DNA of 64,000 nucleotides from Octopus vulgaris. Taxonomy: Eukaryota. Below, one piece after another: positions 26,469-40,975 of the stretch. Under the pieces are notes generated by a model that was not told where the DNA came from, made no database searches, and worked only from the letters and a program-made list of their open reading frames with translations. The stretch lies in assembly GCA_951406725.2 (NCBI GenBank), contig OX597839.1, forward strand, positions 39,308,001 to 39,372,000, in the 5' to 3' direction. The translations under genes were made by a program, and so were the position numbers. Every line of letters begins with the position of its first letter. The stretch's first letter is position 1.

Positions 26469-28357
26469 AATAGGTATGTATATATAAATATATGGATGTG
26501 AGGAGTGGAGGCATAATGGCCCAGTGGTTAGGGCAACGGACTCGCAGTCATAGGATTGTGGTTTCAATTCTCAGACCAGGCATGTGTGTGTATATATATA
26601 TATATATATAAATAAATGAAAGAATATCCATACTAGGATAATTCATTCAACTACTTATATATATATCATCATCATCATCGTTTAACATCTGTTTTCTGTG
26701 CTAGCACGGTTCGACCAGGAGGCTGCACCAGGCTCCAGTCTGATCAGGCAATGTTTCTACAGCTGGATGCCCTTCCTAACGCCAACCACTCCGTGAGTGT
26801 AGTGGGTGCTTTTTACGTGCCACTTGCACAGGTGCCAGAGGAGGCTGGCAACAACCACGATCAGTTAATGCTATATACAGGGTTCCAGCTAATCCAATCA
26901 ACGGAACAGCTTGCTCGTGAAATTAATGTACAAGTGGCTGAGCATTCCACAGACACATGTACCCTTAACGTAGTTCTCAGATTCAGTATGACACAGAGTG
27001 TGACAAGGCTGGCCCTTTGAAATACAGGTACAACAGAAGCAGGAAGAAAGAGTGAGAGAAAGTTGTGGTAAAAGAGTACAGCAGGGTTCACCACCACACT
27101 CTGCCGGAGCCTTGTGGCGCTTCAAGTGGTCTTTGCTCAATAAATATTCACAACACCCAGTCTGGGAATCAAAACCGCGATCCTAAGACTGTGAGTCCGC
27201 TGCCCTAACCACTGGGCCATTGCACCTCTACATGTGTTATATATGTGATCACGTGACTGACCAGACCATCAGATGTTGCTACACATCGCTGGTCATAATG
27301 CGTTCGCATTGTTTTAGCCTTCGAATGACGCCACCCCGCTGGCTAAGCGAGCAGGCCAACAGCAGAAAGAGTGAGAGAAAGAGTGGTGAAAGAGTACAGC
27401 AGGGATCACCACCCCCTGCCGGAGTCTTGTGGTGCTTTTTAGGTGTTTTTGCTCAATAAACACACACAACGCCCCGGTCTGGGAATCGAAACCGCGATCC
27501 TACGACCGTGAGTCCGCTGCCCTAACCACTGGGCCATTGCGCCTCTACACGTATATATATATATGTATAATGTATATATGTGCATATACATACATACACA
27601 TACTGATAAACATGCATACACACATACTATACACACACACACACATAGATATGTAGCTACACACACCAAAGCACACATGCACACTTATATATAGAAGTTA
27701 ATAATTGTGGGTAAGTTCATATTCTGTTGGCAGGAATGGAATGCAATATTTCTGAGGCAGTACTTATGCCTTTGAGGAGATAAAACTACACCTCCACCCC
27801 TATATATATATATATACACACATACATACACACCAGTATGTGCATAGTAACTGCATTATTTACATACACCCAACCATGTACTGACATACATGATGTATAC
27901 ATACATACATACATTGCACATACACACATATGTATCTGTCTTGTATATGTGTACAAGACTCACCCACCCACCTACCCCACCAACAACAGCAGCAGCAGTA
28001 GCAGCACCGCCACTGCCACCACCACCATCCATTCTGTCTTCCATCCACCAACCTGCCCCCATCTGCTCCCCCCCCCCCCCACCTCCAAGCCCATATTTCA
28101 GAAGCATTTCCTGTCTGTGTTGGAATCAGGCAGCTGGGAGTAAAGTTCTTTCATTATGGTTGCTGCCCCACCCACACACCAGTCCCCCCCCCCGGCTCCT
28201 TCATTACTCTTCCCTCCTCACCACCCCCATAGTTACACACACACACACACACCTATATGTATTTATATATATATAGATATATATATATATATACTACACA
28301 TGAATAGTATCTATCTATCTATAGATGCACATAATTACACACACAAGCATTCTCTCT

Positions 28358-28393
<36 letters not shown>

Positions 28394-28867
28394 AAGAAAG
28401 ATGAATAGGTAGACACCTCCCACATATATGTATGTGTAAATATACATACCCATATATATGTACAAACACATATAAATACATATTTGTACTCATATATGCA
28501 TGCACACACACACACACATACATTTATGCTTACAGATGAAAGAGTACTCCAATACATGACAGAGAGTATATATCCTACTAGGGATCACTTGTAGCTCCAT
28601 AGGTACTCTGTATATACACCTGTTGCCTAGGCACAAGTAATCAAGCAACAATATATTATGTATTGATGAAGGAAGCGATATATGTCCAATATGTAACAGC
28701 TAATTTTTTCATGTTTTATTATCGGTGGATTGCGACCATGCTGGAGACATCACCTTGAAGGATTTTAATTGAAAAAATTCCATTTTGGTACTAATTTATT
28801 TTTTCAAAGTCTGGTACTTATTCTATCATTTCCTTTTGCCAAACTGGTAAGTTACTGGGATGTGGAT

Positions 28868-29221
28868 GGAAGCACTCCGTCGGTTACGACGACGAGGGTT
28901 CCAGTTGATCCGAATCAACGGAACAGCCTGCTCGTGAAATTAACGTGCAAGTGGCTGAGCACTCCACAGACAGGTGCACCCTTAACGTAGTACTCGGAGA
29001 TATTCAGCGTGACACAGAGAGTGACAAGGCTGGCCCCTTGAAATACAGGTACCACAGAAACAGGAAGTAAGAGTGAGAGAAAGTTGTGGTGAAAGAGTAC
29101 AGCAGTGGAGCTTTAGGTGTTTTCGCTCAATAAACACTCACAACACCCGGTCTGGGAATCGAAACCGCGATCCTATGACCGCGAGTCCGCTGCCCTAACC
29201 ACTGGGCCATTGCGCCTCCAC
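28868..29221 (-). mobile_element. SINE family C
   Basis: Reverse complement of 25338-25716 with an internal deletion, nested in a decayed family A copy. Confidence 0.8.
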
Positions 29222-29442
29222 TACTGGGATGTAAACAAACTAACACTAGTTGTCAAACAGTGGTGGAGCTGTCTTGCAAGTTATTTGAAGATCCTGTTGG
29301 CGCTGGTGCTATGCAGAAAGCACTGGTAATGGTGCCATATAAAAAGCACCCAGTGCACTCTGTAAAGTGAAACCTGATGTGATTCTTGGCCCTGGTGGCA
29401 TGGAGAGGGGAGGCCGGTATGCATGGGCAACTGCTGGTCTAG

Positions 29443-29620
29443 GGAGAGTCATTCTCTTTTAGTTTCTTATTACTTAACACACTCACAGGTTCGATTTCCA
29501 CTCATTTACTTTTTTCTTTTTTTGTAAAAGTTTTGATGAATCTTGCAACTGTTTCAATAGTCAGGAAATTGAACCGGTGAGTGTGTTAAGTAAGAAAGCA
29601 CTAAAAGAGAATAACTCTCC
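29443..29620. repeat. Inverted repeat (~57-bp arms, ~64-bp spacer)
   Basis: ggagagtcattctcttttag...cttaacacactcacaggttcgatttcc is mirrored by ggaaattgaaccggtgagtgtgttaag...ctaaaagagaataactctcc. Confidence 0.85.
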
Positions 29621-29684
29621 GCAGACATACTAAATTATGCTTCAACACACAAATTCACATAAAGAATCTTGCAAACGAAATATA

Positions 29685-29719
<35 letters not shown>

Positions 29720-30396
29720 TAATAAATAAAATAAAAACATATGCATATATATAAACATATATGTACGTACCTACCTCTACATGTACATATACATGCATAT
29801 ATGAGTACAGGACACCAAAAGGACGTCGAACACAGTAAGAAACTGAAAACATAGACACAAACCAAAGGAACTGGACATTTTTTTAAAAATATATATATTG
29901 TTATACTTGGGAATGGTCATATTTTGTCAACTATACACATGAGCCATATAATTAGTCTTCACTTCAGCATTATTATCAAATTTTAGTTTCTAACAAAAGA
30001 CAAAGTTACACAATCTCTGAAGACTTGACAGTGCAATCAGACTGCAATGTGTTTTACTTTACATAACCGATAATCTATTCATTGTTACTGAAATGCATGT
30101 AAGATGATAAAAATCAATTGTTATACAAACAAACTCTTCAGTCTAGTTTTTACTTTCTATATGTAATCAACAAATAAATGAAACTGACTATAACACTAGA
30201 CCCCCCCTCCACATAGTTTCCCTCTGGATATTTGCATATACAAGAATACACAAGGGGTCGTACGTCTACAGCACATTATAAAATTGTGTGTGTGTGTGTG
30301 TGTGCACACATATGCATATTTAACTGTTCAGTATTGAAATTACTGTCAAATTTAATACTTATTTATTCACATTGTTTTGAATTAATCATTCATTAT

Positions 30397-30807
30397 AGGC
30401 GTAGGAGTGGCTGTGTGGTAAGTAGCTTGCTTACCAACCACATGGTTTCGGGTTCAGTACCACTGCGTGGCACCTTGGGCAAGTGTCTTCTACTATAGCC
30501 TCGGGCCGACCAAAGCCTTGTGAGTGGATTTGGTAGAAAGAAACTGAAAGAAGCCCATCGTATATATGTAATATATATATATATGTATATGTGTGTGTGT
30601 GCATGTTTGTGTGTCTGTGTTTGTCCCCCAACATCGTTTGACAAATGATACTGGTGTGTTTACGTCCCTGTAACTTAGTGATTCAGCAAAAGAGACTGAT
30701 AGAATAAGTACCAGGCTTACAAAGAATAAGTCCTGGGGTCGATTTGCTTGACTAAAGGTGGTACTCCAGCATGGCCACACTCAAATGACTGAAACAAGTA
30801 AAAGAGT
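30397..30807 (+). mobile_element. SINE family A
   Basis: Full-length match starting taggcgtaggagtggctgtg. Confidence 0.85.
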
Positions 30808-30814
30808 ATATTAA

Positions 30815-31032
30815 CCCTTTTGTTACCATATTTCTGTTGAGATGCTCTGCATTTCTTTCAACTAATTTTCAAAATAACTAAGAATTTAGTAAAATAAATT
30901 AGCTATTGTTAAGCTAGTGTTAGGAACATAAATTGTGACTAAGGTTTGGTGGAAGATTTTGAACTTTTGAAACGCAGACATTTGTACTATATAGTGCTTG
31001 TGGCGGCTTCACCCAGGTTGGTATCAAAAGGG
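30815..31032. mobile_element. piggyBac-like MITE, family 1, opposite orientation
   Basis: TTAA|CCCTTTTGTTACC...GGTATCAAAAGGG|TTAA. The internal sequence is the reverse complement of 285-504. Confidence 0.75.
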
Positions 31033-31512
31033 TTAAACAGATTCAAGATTTGGCTGGTCTGAACATACAGAGATAGAATATCTGGGCTGGATATGGTTGG
31101 TTTAATCCTTTAGCATTCAGATTATTCAGTCAAACGTGATGCTTATTTATTCACATTGTTTATAATTAATCCTGCATTATCTCGTAGCTTCGAGTCTTTG
31201 AAGATGTAACTGTTTCTCTTTAGAATGACACTGTAGAGTAGGTGTGAGAGGCTGGATCTGACCAGTTTAAAATGCTAAGGGCTTAACAAATGAATAGTGA
31301 GTGTTCCACTGCTTTGAAACTTGGAAAATTTTATACTCGAGGGATGAACAAGTTATCAAATCGAAGGGATTATATGATCAATAACGAAGGGGAAATATTA
31401 TTTGATTAAATACATCAATTAAAATCAAAGAAGCATTTGTTTCTTCCCCATCCTGAAATGTGGAGGACTTTCTTTCCAACCTCATATATATATATATATA
31501 TATATACGTACC

Positions 31513-31553
<41 letters not shown>

Positions 31554-33289
31554 GTACATATATATACATATGCTGGCAGTGATGAATAGCTTCAAAATAA
31601 CAAGACACACGGGTGACTATAGAAGTGCAGGAGATTTTCCCAAAATCAGATTAGTTTTGCATTGACAGAACTCTAATTATTCGTCAATATAAATCTTGAC
31701 AACCTTATAATTCATATTTCATAAAATGACATCTAACTCCGTTGCGACTTCTCTGAAAAGATATACGGCAAAATTGTGTCGGAGTGTTGGGGGGGGGGGG
31801 GAGGACAAAAATGAAAATGCCTTGCAGTATTGCTTCTGTCATTTTATAATCTTGTGTTCAAACATTGCTATTGTTAGCTTCAAAAGACAAAGTTACACAA
31901 TCTCTGAAGACTTGACAGTGCAATCAGACTGCAATGTGTTTTACTTTACATAACTGATAGCTGTTAGCTTCATCTCTCATCCTTTCAGAGTTGGTAAAGT
32001 ACCAGTTAGATACTGGGGGAGTGAGATGAGGGTGGGGGCAAGGTCAATGGTATTAACTAATCCTTTCCTCTTGGTATTGTTGGCCTAATGCTCAAATAAG
32101 GAACGATTATTGGATACAGTCTTTTATTCTTTTACTTGTTTCCATGTGGCCATATCAACGATAAGTTTGCTTCCCAACCACATGGTTCTGGGTTCAGTCC
32201 CACTGTGTGGCACCTTGGGCAAGTGTCTTCTACAACACCCTAGGGCTAATGAAATCTCTCTCTGAGCAGATTTAGCAGACGGAAACTGAAAGAAGCCTGT
32301 CGTATATATATATATATATATATACATATGTCTATGTGTCATTGTGTCTGTGTTCGTCCCCCAGCACTGTGCGACAACCGGTGTTGGTTCGTTTACATCC
32401 CTGTAACCTAGCAACTTGACAAAAAGAGACTGATGGAACAAGTACTACACTTAAAAATAGAAGTCCTGGGGGTGGATTCATTCAACTGATAATTCGTCAA
32501 GGTGGCGCCCCAGCATGGCCACAGTCTAATGACTAAAACAGATAGGAGATATCTTGTTTTTTTATTACCCACAAGGGGCTAAACATAGAGGAGACAAACG
32601 GATTAAGTCGATTACATCGACCCCAGTGCGTAACTGGTACTTAATTTATCGACCCCGAAAGGATGAAAAGCAAAGTCGACCTCGGCGGAATTTGAACTCA
32701 GAACGTAACGGCAGACGAAATACCACTAAGCATTTCTCCACTAACATCATCATCATCATCATCATCATAACAATCATCAGCTCCATTCCTCCCTCACCAT
32801 CTTAACATCACTATCATCACCAACATCACCCCTACTCTCCCTGCTACCACCACCACCACCATAACAGTGATCACTGCTGTCATCATCATCATCATCATCA
32901 TCATCATCACTATCATGACCATAACCATACCATCATCCTCATCATCAGCAGCCGCAGCCCCGTTACCATTATACCAGTACTGCCATCATGGCACAAGTCT
33001 ATATAATCAATAAGAAATCTACTTAGGGAAATGGAAATAATGAAGTATGCGTAGATATATGTATAGCATGTATTGGAATATACATACATACATATGTGTG
33101 CACATGTTTGTGTGTGTGTGTATATATACATGAGAATAATTACATCTAAAAGACATCCCCTTTTCATTCAGCAGAATGTATATGATTATATATATATATA
33201 TATATATGAAGAGAGAGATGTCTGCACATTATACAAACACATAAACAAATATATATATAATTTATAAATATAAAATATAAATACATATA

Positions 33290-33352
33290 TATACACACAC
33301 ACACGCACGTACACATCCATACATATACATATATAAATATATAAAAAAACAA

Positions 33353-33390
<38 letters not shown>

Positions 33391-33930
33391 CCACATATAT
33401 ACATACATAGTATATAAAAATAATGTATATATATATATATATATATACATCCACACACGTACACATCCATACATATATAAACGATATATAAATATAAATA
33501 TATATATATACACATCCACATATATACATACATAGTATATAATAAATAATGTATATATATATATACATCCACACACACGTACACATCCATACATATACAT
33601 ATATAAACGATATATAAATATATATATACACATCCACACATATATACATAGTATATAAAAATAATGTATATATATATATATATACATCCACACACACGTA
33701 CACATCCATACATATACATATATAAATGATATATAAATATAAATATATATACACATCCACATATATACATACATAGTATATAAAAATAATATATACATAT
33801 ATATATATATATAAATACATCCATACATACGCAGTATATAAAAATATAATATATACATCCACATCCACACATATACATCCATAGTATATAGAAATAAAAT
33901 ATAAGTGTACATGCTCATCCATACATATAC
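33290..33930. repeat. (TA/CA)-derived minisatellite, ~120-bp unit
   Basis: cacgtacacatccatacatata recurs at about 33306, 33456, 33576 and 33695. Confidence 0.85.
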
Positions 33931-34960
33931 ATACATATATAAATAAGGGAAATGGACGTTAAATAATGACAATGATGATGATATCTATCAACACACTCAC
34001 ACACATGTACAGTATAAAAAAAAATGATCACCACTGCCAGATCTACAACCACTAGAGCCTCTACCACCACCACTATTAGTACTACTACCTATACCAATCC
34101 ATTAAAGCAGACATACAGCTGTACCTATATTATTAGAGCATTTACCGTTTTAATAAGTAGCACCAGTGAACAGCAGCTGTACTACTACCACCACCACCAC
34201 CACCAACTACTACCACCACCAACTACCACCACCACCACCACCAACTACCACCACTACTACCACCACCATCAACTACCACCACTACTACCACCATCAACTA
34301 CCACCACCACCACCACCACCAACTACCACCACTACTACCACCACCACCACCACCAGTTGTAGTGGTTGCGGTGGTATTAATGGTAGTATTATTAAAAGTG
34401 ATGGTGGTAGTAGTGGTGGTAGTAGTAGTAGTAATAGCAACAATTATGTAAGCAGTAGTATCAGCGGTAGTGGTACTGGTGTTTGTAATATTAGCAGTAG
34501 TAGTAGTAGAGGTGGCGGTGTTACTTATAGTTACAATACAATAATAATAATAATAATAATAATGGTTTCCAATATTGCCACATGGACAGCTATTTTGGGG
34601 GAGAGGACAAATCGATTATATCGACCCCAGTGTTTCACAGATACTTAATTTATCGACCCCGAAAGGATGAAAGGCAAAGTCGTCGACCTCGGCGGAATTT
34701 GAACTCAGAACCTAGTGGCAAATGAAATACCACTGAGCATTTCATCCAGCATGCTAACGATTCTTCCTTTTCTACTACTAGGAATTTTTAACTCCTATTT
34801 CTAAATTCGGTATGTGGTGAAGCATTTAGCTGAACCCTAATTATAATTATGTTTATAATTATAAAATATTTGTATATATATATATATATATATATTTATA
34901 TTACGGAGATGTACTTGCATAGCAAGTGACCTGATATGAGATCGTGTGCTGAAACAAAAG

Positions 34961-35243
34961 CAATTGCAGCATGGAAGGTGTTTATAAGCCATTCAAAAAT
35001 GCATAAAAACCGTTAGATTCACTTCGACAGTTAAATTGAATTTGCCAAAATATTTTTGTTGCTTTGAGACTGCAACCTGTTCACTGACAAATTCGGTGAT
35101 GCAGTACAGAATTTTGTCAGTGATTGGGTTGCTATCTCAAAGCAACAAAAATATTTTGGCAAATTAAATCTAAGTGTTGAGGTGAATCTAACGGTCTTTG
35201 CGTGTTTTTAAATGGCTTATAAACACCTTCCATGCTGCAATTG
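34961..35243. repeat. Long fold-back inverted repeat (~134-bp arms, 14-nt loop)
   Basis: caattgcagcatggaaggtgtttataagccatt...ctgacaaattc is mirrored at 35109-35243 with scattered mismatches. Confidence 0.9.
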
Positions 35244-35994
35244 TTTATACACATACAAGAATGTTGTTGGCAGTGACTTTGAAGTCAACTGCATTCTTGT
35301 ATAAGAATAATAAATTTGTGCTCCTCAAAAGTACAGAGTAATTGTTTTTATTATAAATGAACATATATATATATATATATATAGTTCAAATTTACAGAAA
35401 ACAAAAGACTAAGACAGGTGAAGGCACAACAAGCAGGTGTATTAGATTGACACTCGGGAAGAATGGAAAAGTATTTGATATTTTGAGCATATGCTCTTCA
35501 ACAGAAAGGACTGACAGGAAAACAAATGCAGAGATGTACATATCTATTATATCTATGTGTATGTGTCTTTGTGTCTGTATTTGTCCCCTACAACTGGTGT
35601 TGGTGTGTTTACATCCCTGTAACTTAGTAGGCTTAAAAAGAAAACAAGGACTGGGGTTGAGCAGTTCAACTAAAATTCCTCATGGTACTGCCCCAGCATA
35701 GCCGCAGTCTAATAACCGAAGCAAGTAAAAGATTAACCCCTTAGAATTTAAGCCAGCCATATCCAGCTGAAATATTCAACCTGTTTTATGTTCAAATCAG
35801 CTAAATTCTGGCTTCTCACACCTACCCTACAATGTCATTCTAAAAATAAGTAATCGCATCATTGAAATCTCAAAGCTAGAAGACAATGCATGATTAATTC
35901 AAAACTCTGCATAAATATTACATTTAATAGAGTAATCTGAATGCTAAAGGGTTTAAAGTAAAAGATTGATATATATTTAGGCGCAGGAGTGGCT

Positions 35995-36236
35995 GAAAAT
36001 ATCCATGATCACATAACCCCTAACATTTGGTCTCCTAATTCCCCAGATCTCAATCCATGTGGAGCATTGTTGAGAGAGAAGTCAAAGAACATGCCCACAA
36101 CACCAAAGATTCTTTGAAAGCTGCCATAGTCAGAATAATGTCCAAAATGAACTAGGACCATTTTATTTGAGCATGTAGACGATTTAGATCTGATATAGAA
36201 GTAGTTGTTGAAGTTGAAGGTGGCTTTATTGAATAA
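35995..36236 (+). pseudogene. Decayed Tc1/mariner-superfamily transposase C-terminus (maT/DD37D-like)
   Basis: IWSPNSPDLNP, then after a frameshift WSIVEREVKEHAHNTKDSLKAAI...ACRRFRSDIEVVVEVEGGFIE*, with two internal stops. Confidence 0.8.
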
Positions 36237-37047
36237 CATTATAAAAAAGGTTTATTTTTATCCTCATAGCATTTTTTGATAAAGTTATCATCATCATCAT
36301 TGTTTAAGTCCACTTTCCATGCTAGCATGGGTTGGATGGTTCAACTGGGGTCTGGTAAGCCATGGAAGCTGCACCAGGCTCCAGTCTGATCTGGCAGTGT
36401 TTCTACAGCTGGATGCCCTTCCTAATGCCAACCACTCTGTGAGTGTAGTGGGTGCTTTTTACGTGCCAGATGATGCTGGCAACGGCCACGATCGGATGGT
36501 GCTTTTTACGTGCCACCGGCACGGAGGCCAGTCAGGGTGGTGCTGGCAACGGCCACGTTCGGATGGTTCTCTTACGTGCCACCGGCACTGGTATCACAGC
36601 TACAAATTCCATTGATTTTGATCGATTTCAATTTCTCTTGCTTCAACAGGTCTTTGCAAGTTATTATCTGTTATTATATATGTTTTTTTTTATAAACATA
36701 AATCTGTCCTAAAATATCTTCCACAACCTCTATATGTATGCAACAGGCTTCTTTCAGTTTCCATCTACAAACTCCACTCACAAGGCTTTGACCGACCGAA
36801 GGCTATACTAGAAGACACTTGCCCATGGTGCCATGCAGTGGAATTGAACCTAGAACGATGCTTCTTACCACATGGCCACACCCACGCCTATAAGCATGTT
36901 TATTAATTACATTGACTGAATCCGGACACAAGCTAAAAACTGAAGGTCAAAAGCTTTTCACTTTTTCCCCTTCACTGTTTGTTTCATGCAATCGTCCATT
37001 CATGTCTCTATGTAATTCAAGCCATCTAAATAGTTTGCATGCGTGTG

Positions 37048-37078
<31 letters not shown>

Positions 37079-38077
37079 ACACATGCATGTGTGTGTACAC
37101 ACTATGTTTTTGCTGATAGTTCCTAAAGATGAACTAAATGGCCCAAACCATAGTTTTTGTAGAAACATACATATACACACACTCAAAGACACACAGACAG
37201 AAATATTATCACACATGTCATGTTATATGACATGTTCCTCATAAATTCTGTCGGATATCATGTTACTGTATTCTTTCATTACATGTAACGGATAAACAAT
37301 AAGCTAGGCATACACATACATATAATTACTTACTTCCGCTACATATTTACATATTAATAAAAGGTATATAAATATATATACACACATACTCATGTTTTGA
37401 GTTCCAGTTTTCCTGTTTGCATTGTTGTACACACACATTTATATATATATATATATGTGTGTGTATATATATATGTGTGTGTGTGTCTCAGAGGATGTAA
37501 CTGAATATGTTTGTGGATATATATACAGTTCTCTATATTCATATGTATATAATCATTTGGGGGTGTGTGTGAATGCAAATAAACATGTGTTTGTATATAT
37601 GTGTGTGTATATAAATATTTGGAAAAAAAACTGTTTTATGACATATTAAGTCACTACTGTATTTCTGTATAAACGTGCGGATATATAACGGTGTGTATGA
37701 TTCAATATATATCATCACTGTCACTTATTATTATTATTATCATTATTATTATTATAATAAGGCGGCGAGCTGGCAGAAACATTAGCTACACCGGGCGAAA
37801 TGCGTAGCCGTATTTCGTTTGCCGTTGCGTTCTGAGTTCAAATTCCGCCGAGGTCGACTTTGCCTTTCATCCTTTCCGGGTCGATAAATTAAGTACCAGT
37901 TATGCACTGGGGTCGATGTAATCGACTTAATCCGTTTGTCTGTCCTTGTTTGTCCCCTCTGTGTTTAGCCCCTTCTGGGTAGTAAAGAAACAAAATTATT
38001 GTTATTATTATTAAACAGTCTGATTCAGGGTCCCACACAACTTGTTTACCACATACTAGCATATTCTCTCTCTCCCC

Positions 38078-38108
<31 letters not shown>

Positions 38109-38122
38109 ATAAATATGTGAGC

Positions 38123-38159
<37 letters not shown>

Positions 38160-38213
38160 TGTATGTATGCATAGATATACACACAAATACACAGACATGT
38201 GTGTGTGTGTGTC

Positions 38214-38256
<43 letters not shown>

Positions 38257-38620
38257 ACAACATCCCCACCATCCCTACATAACCTGATATATGAATATAG
38301 AAGAGAAACTATATTCTTCCCATTGTTCTTATTATGGTTGTTGTTGATGTTGTTGCTACTACTACCATTGTTGTTTTTGCTGTCAGAGTTCCTGCTGTTC
38401 AGCTGATGTAGTTGGATGGCAGGCGACACACATCATACATACATACATTCATATATATATATACACACACATACATGCATTCATATATATATATATATAC
38501 ACACACATACATTCATATATATATATATATACACACATTCATATATATATATATATACACACACATGCATACATACATATATATATATATATACACACAC
38601 ACATACATATATATATATAT

Positions 38621-38696
<76 letters not shown>

Positions 38697-39434
38697 ATTA
38701 TATACACACACATGCATTTTCATATAAGTATATGTATTTATAAATTTTATATACACATGAGCAGAAATGCACACACACACACACACGCACATACGCATCT
38801 ATATATACACACACAAACACGCATTTTCATATACTTACAGGAATTTATAATTCATATATATATACACAAGCACACACACATTAACATTTAGCAGGAGCAA
38901 CAGAGTGACTCAAGGACCAAGAGTTTCGTATATTAGCATTTATCAAACAATGTGTGTGTATATTTCATATGTATATGTGTGTGCTTATATACACACACAC
39001 ACATTTTCAAATATGCGTGTGTGTGTGTGTGTGTGTGTACATCCACATGTACACCCATACATACAAACAACTATACATATGTATACACAGATATGTATAC
39101 ACCCACGCACAGCAGAAACAGTGTGTATTCAACATGTAGAAGGAGAACAATACCAACAATAACAAGACAGTAGTCTGTGTGTGTGTATGCATGCATGTGT
39201 ATGTGTTTGCGTGTGTGTGTGTGTGCATGCGTGTGTGTGTGTGTGTGTGTGTGTGCATGTGTGTTTGTGTGTGCATGTGTGTGTGTGTGTGTTTGTTTGT
39301 GTGTGCATGTGTGTTTGTGTGTGCATGTGTGTGTGTGTGTGTGTGTGTTACTGGTATCACAGACATGAAACATGAGTTGCTTTTAGTAAAACAATACAGT
39401 GACTGCTGCTGCTGTTCTTTACAGCATGTTATCT

Positions 39435-39960
39435 GATCATCACCACCACCATCATCATTATTATCATCATCGCCACCATCACTATCAAGAGCAACATGAT
39501 CATCACCATCATCATCATCATCACTATGACCATCATCATAATCATCATCGTCACCATCACTATCAAGAGCAACATGATCATCACCACTATCACCACCATC
39601 ACCATCATCATCATCATCACTATGACCATCATCATAATCATCGTCACCATCACTATCAAGAGCAACATGATCATCACCACTATCACGATCATCATCATCA
39701 TCACTATGACCATCATCATAATCATCATCGTCACCATCACTATCAAGAGCAACATGATCATCACCACTATCACCATCATCATCACTATGACCATCATCAT
39801 AATCATCATCGTCACCATCACTATCAAGAGCAACATGATCATCACCACTATCACCACCATCACCATCATCATCATCATCACTATGACCATCATCATTATC
39901 ATCATCGTCACCATCACTATCAAGAGCAACATGATCATCACCACCACCACTACCACCACC
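39435..39960. repeat. (CAT)n-derived minisatellite, 78-93-bp unit
   Basis: ATCAAGAGCAACATGATC occurs six times within CAT/CAC repeats. Confidence 0.9.
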
Positions 39961-40588
39961 AGCATTCACTGTTCTTGTTCCTGTTGTTAATAACTTTGCT
40001 GGATATTTGTGCATGTGTATGTTTATGTATGTATATTAATGTGGGCGTGTACATATGTACGAGTGTCTCTATGTATGTGTTTATCTGCGTATGTCTGTGT
40101 GTATATGCAACATATGTAAGTATGTGTGAGTGTATTGAAATGGTGTTATGTCTTAGTTTCAATAGAAAGGTCAGCCCCATTGACCTTTAGCAGATTGACC
40201 AATGCTGATGCTAGCAAAAGGAAGAATTCCTTTTGAAACCCATCACCTGGCCAAAACGCTTCTTGCAATGGAGTGATGGAGTGACCCTTGATAAGCATAT
40301 CCAAGTGGCCAGAGGGCAGAAGGCAATGTTAAACAAGGTCAAAGAATTGCAATGGACATTTACAAAAAATAAAAAAAAAGCAATGACCTCCATCCCATCG
40401 GATTCCACACAGTTTCCGTCTACCAAATTTCATCCACAAGGAATTGGTAAAACCAAGGAACTACATGAGTGAAACTTTGACATCTCAAGATGTTCAAAAT
40501 GTAGAACTGAATATGAAACAACATGATCACAAAGTGTGTGTGTGGGTGTGTGTGAATGTATGAAGGAGTGCTGAAAAGTTACTGGCTT

Positions 40589-40975
40589 ACTCTTTTACTA
40601 TTTTACTTGCTTCAGTCATTTGACTGCGGCCATGCTGGAGCACCGCCTTTAGTCGAGCAAATCGACCCCGGGACTTAATCTTTGTAAGCCCAGTACTTAT
40701 CCTATCGGTCTCTTTTGCCGAACCACTAAGTGATGGGGACGTAAACACACCAGCATCGGTTGTCAAGCAATGCTAGGGGGACAAACACAGACACACAAAC
40801 ACATACATATATACGACGGGCTTCTTTCAGTTTCCGTCTATCAAATCCACTCACAAGGCTTTGGTTGGCCCGGGGCTATAGCAGAAGACACTTGCCCAAG
40901 GTGCCACACAGTGGGACTGAACCCGGAACCATGTGGTTGGTTAGCAAGCTACTTACCACACAGCCACTACTGCAC
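40589..40975 (-). mobile_element. SINE family A inserted into a mariner-derived element
   Basis: It splits the ...ctggctt|tgggt... sequence that is contiguous in the copy at ~44470. Confidence 0.8.

Noticed and set aside
27470-27547. tRNA-Arg-like gene
   Set aside because: It is the head of SINE family C, lacks a paired acceptor stem and continues into the SINE body.
39007-40190. Asp-rich (DDHVALDSDG repeat) and His-rich ORFs resembling biomineral or metal-binding proteins
   Set aside because: A (CAT)n-derived minisatellite open in several frames and running into (CA)n, with no credible splice sites or signal peptide.
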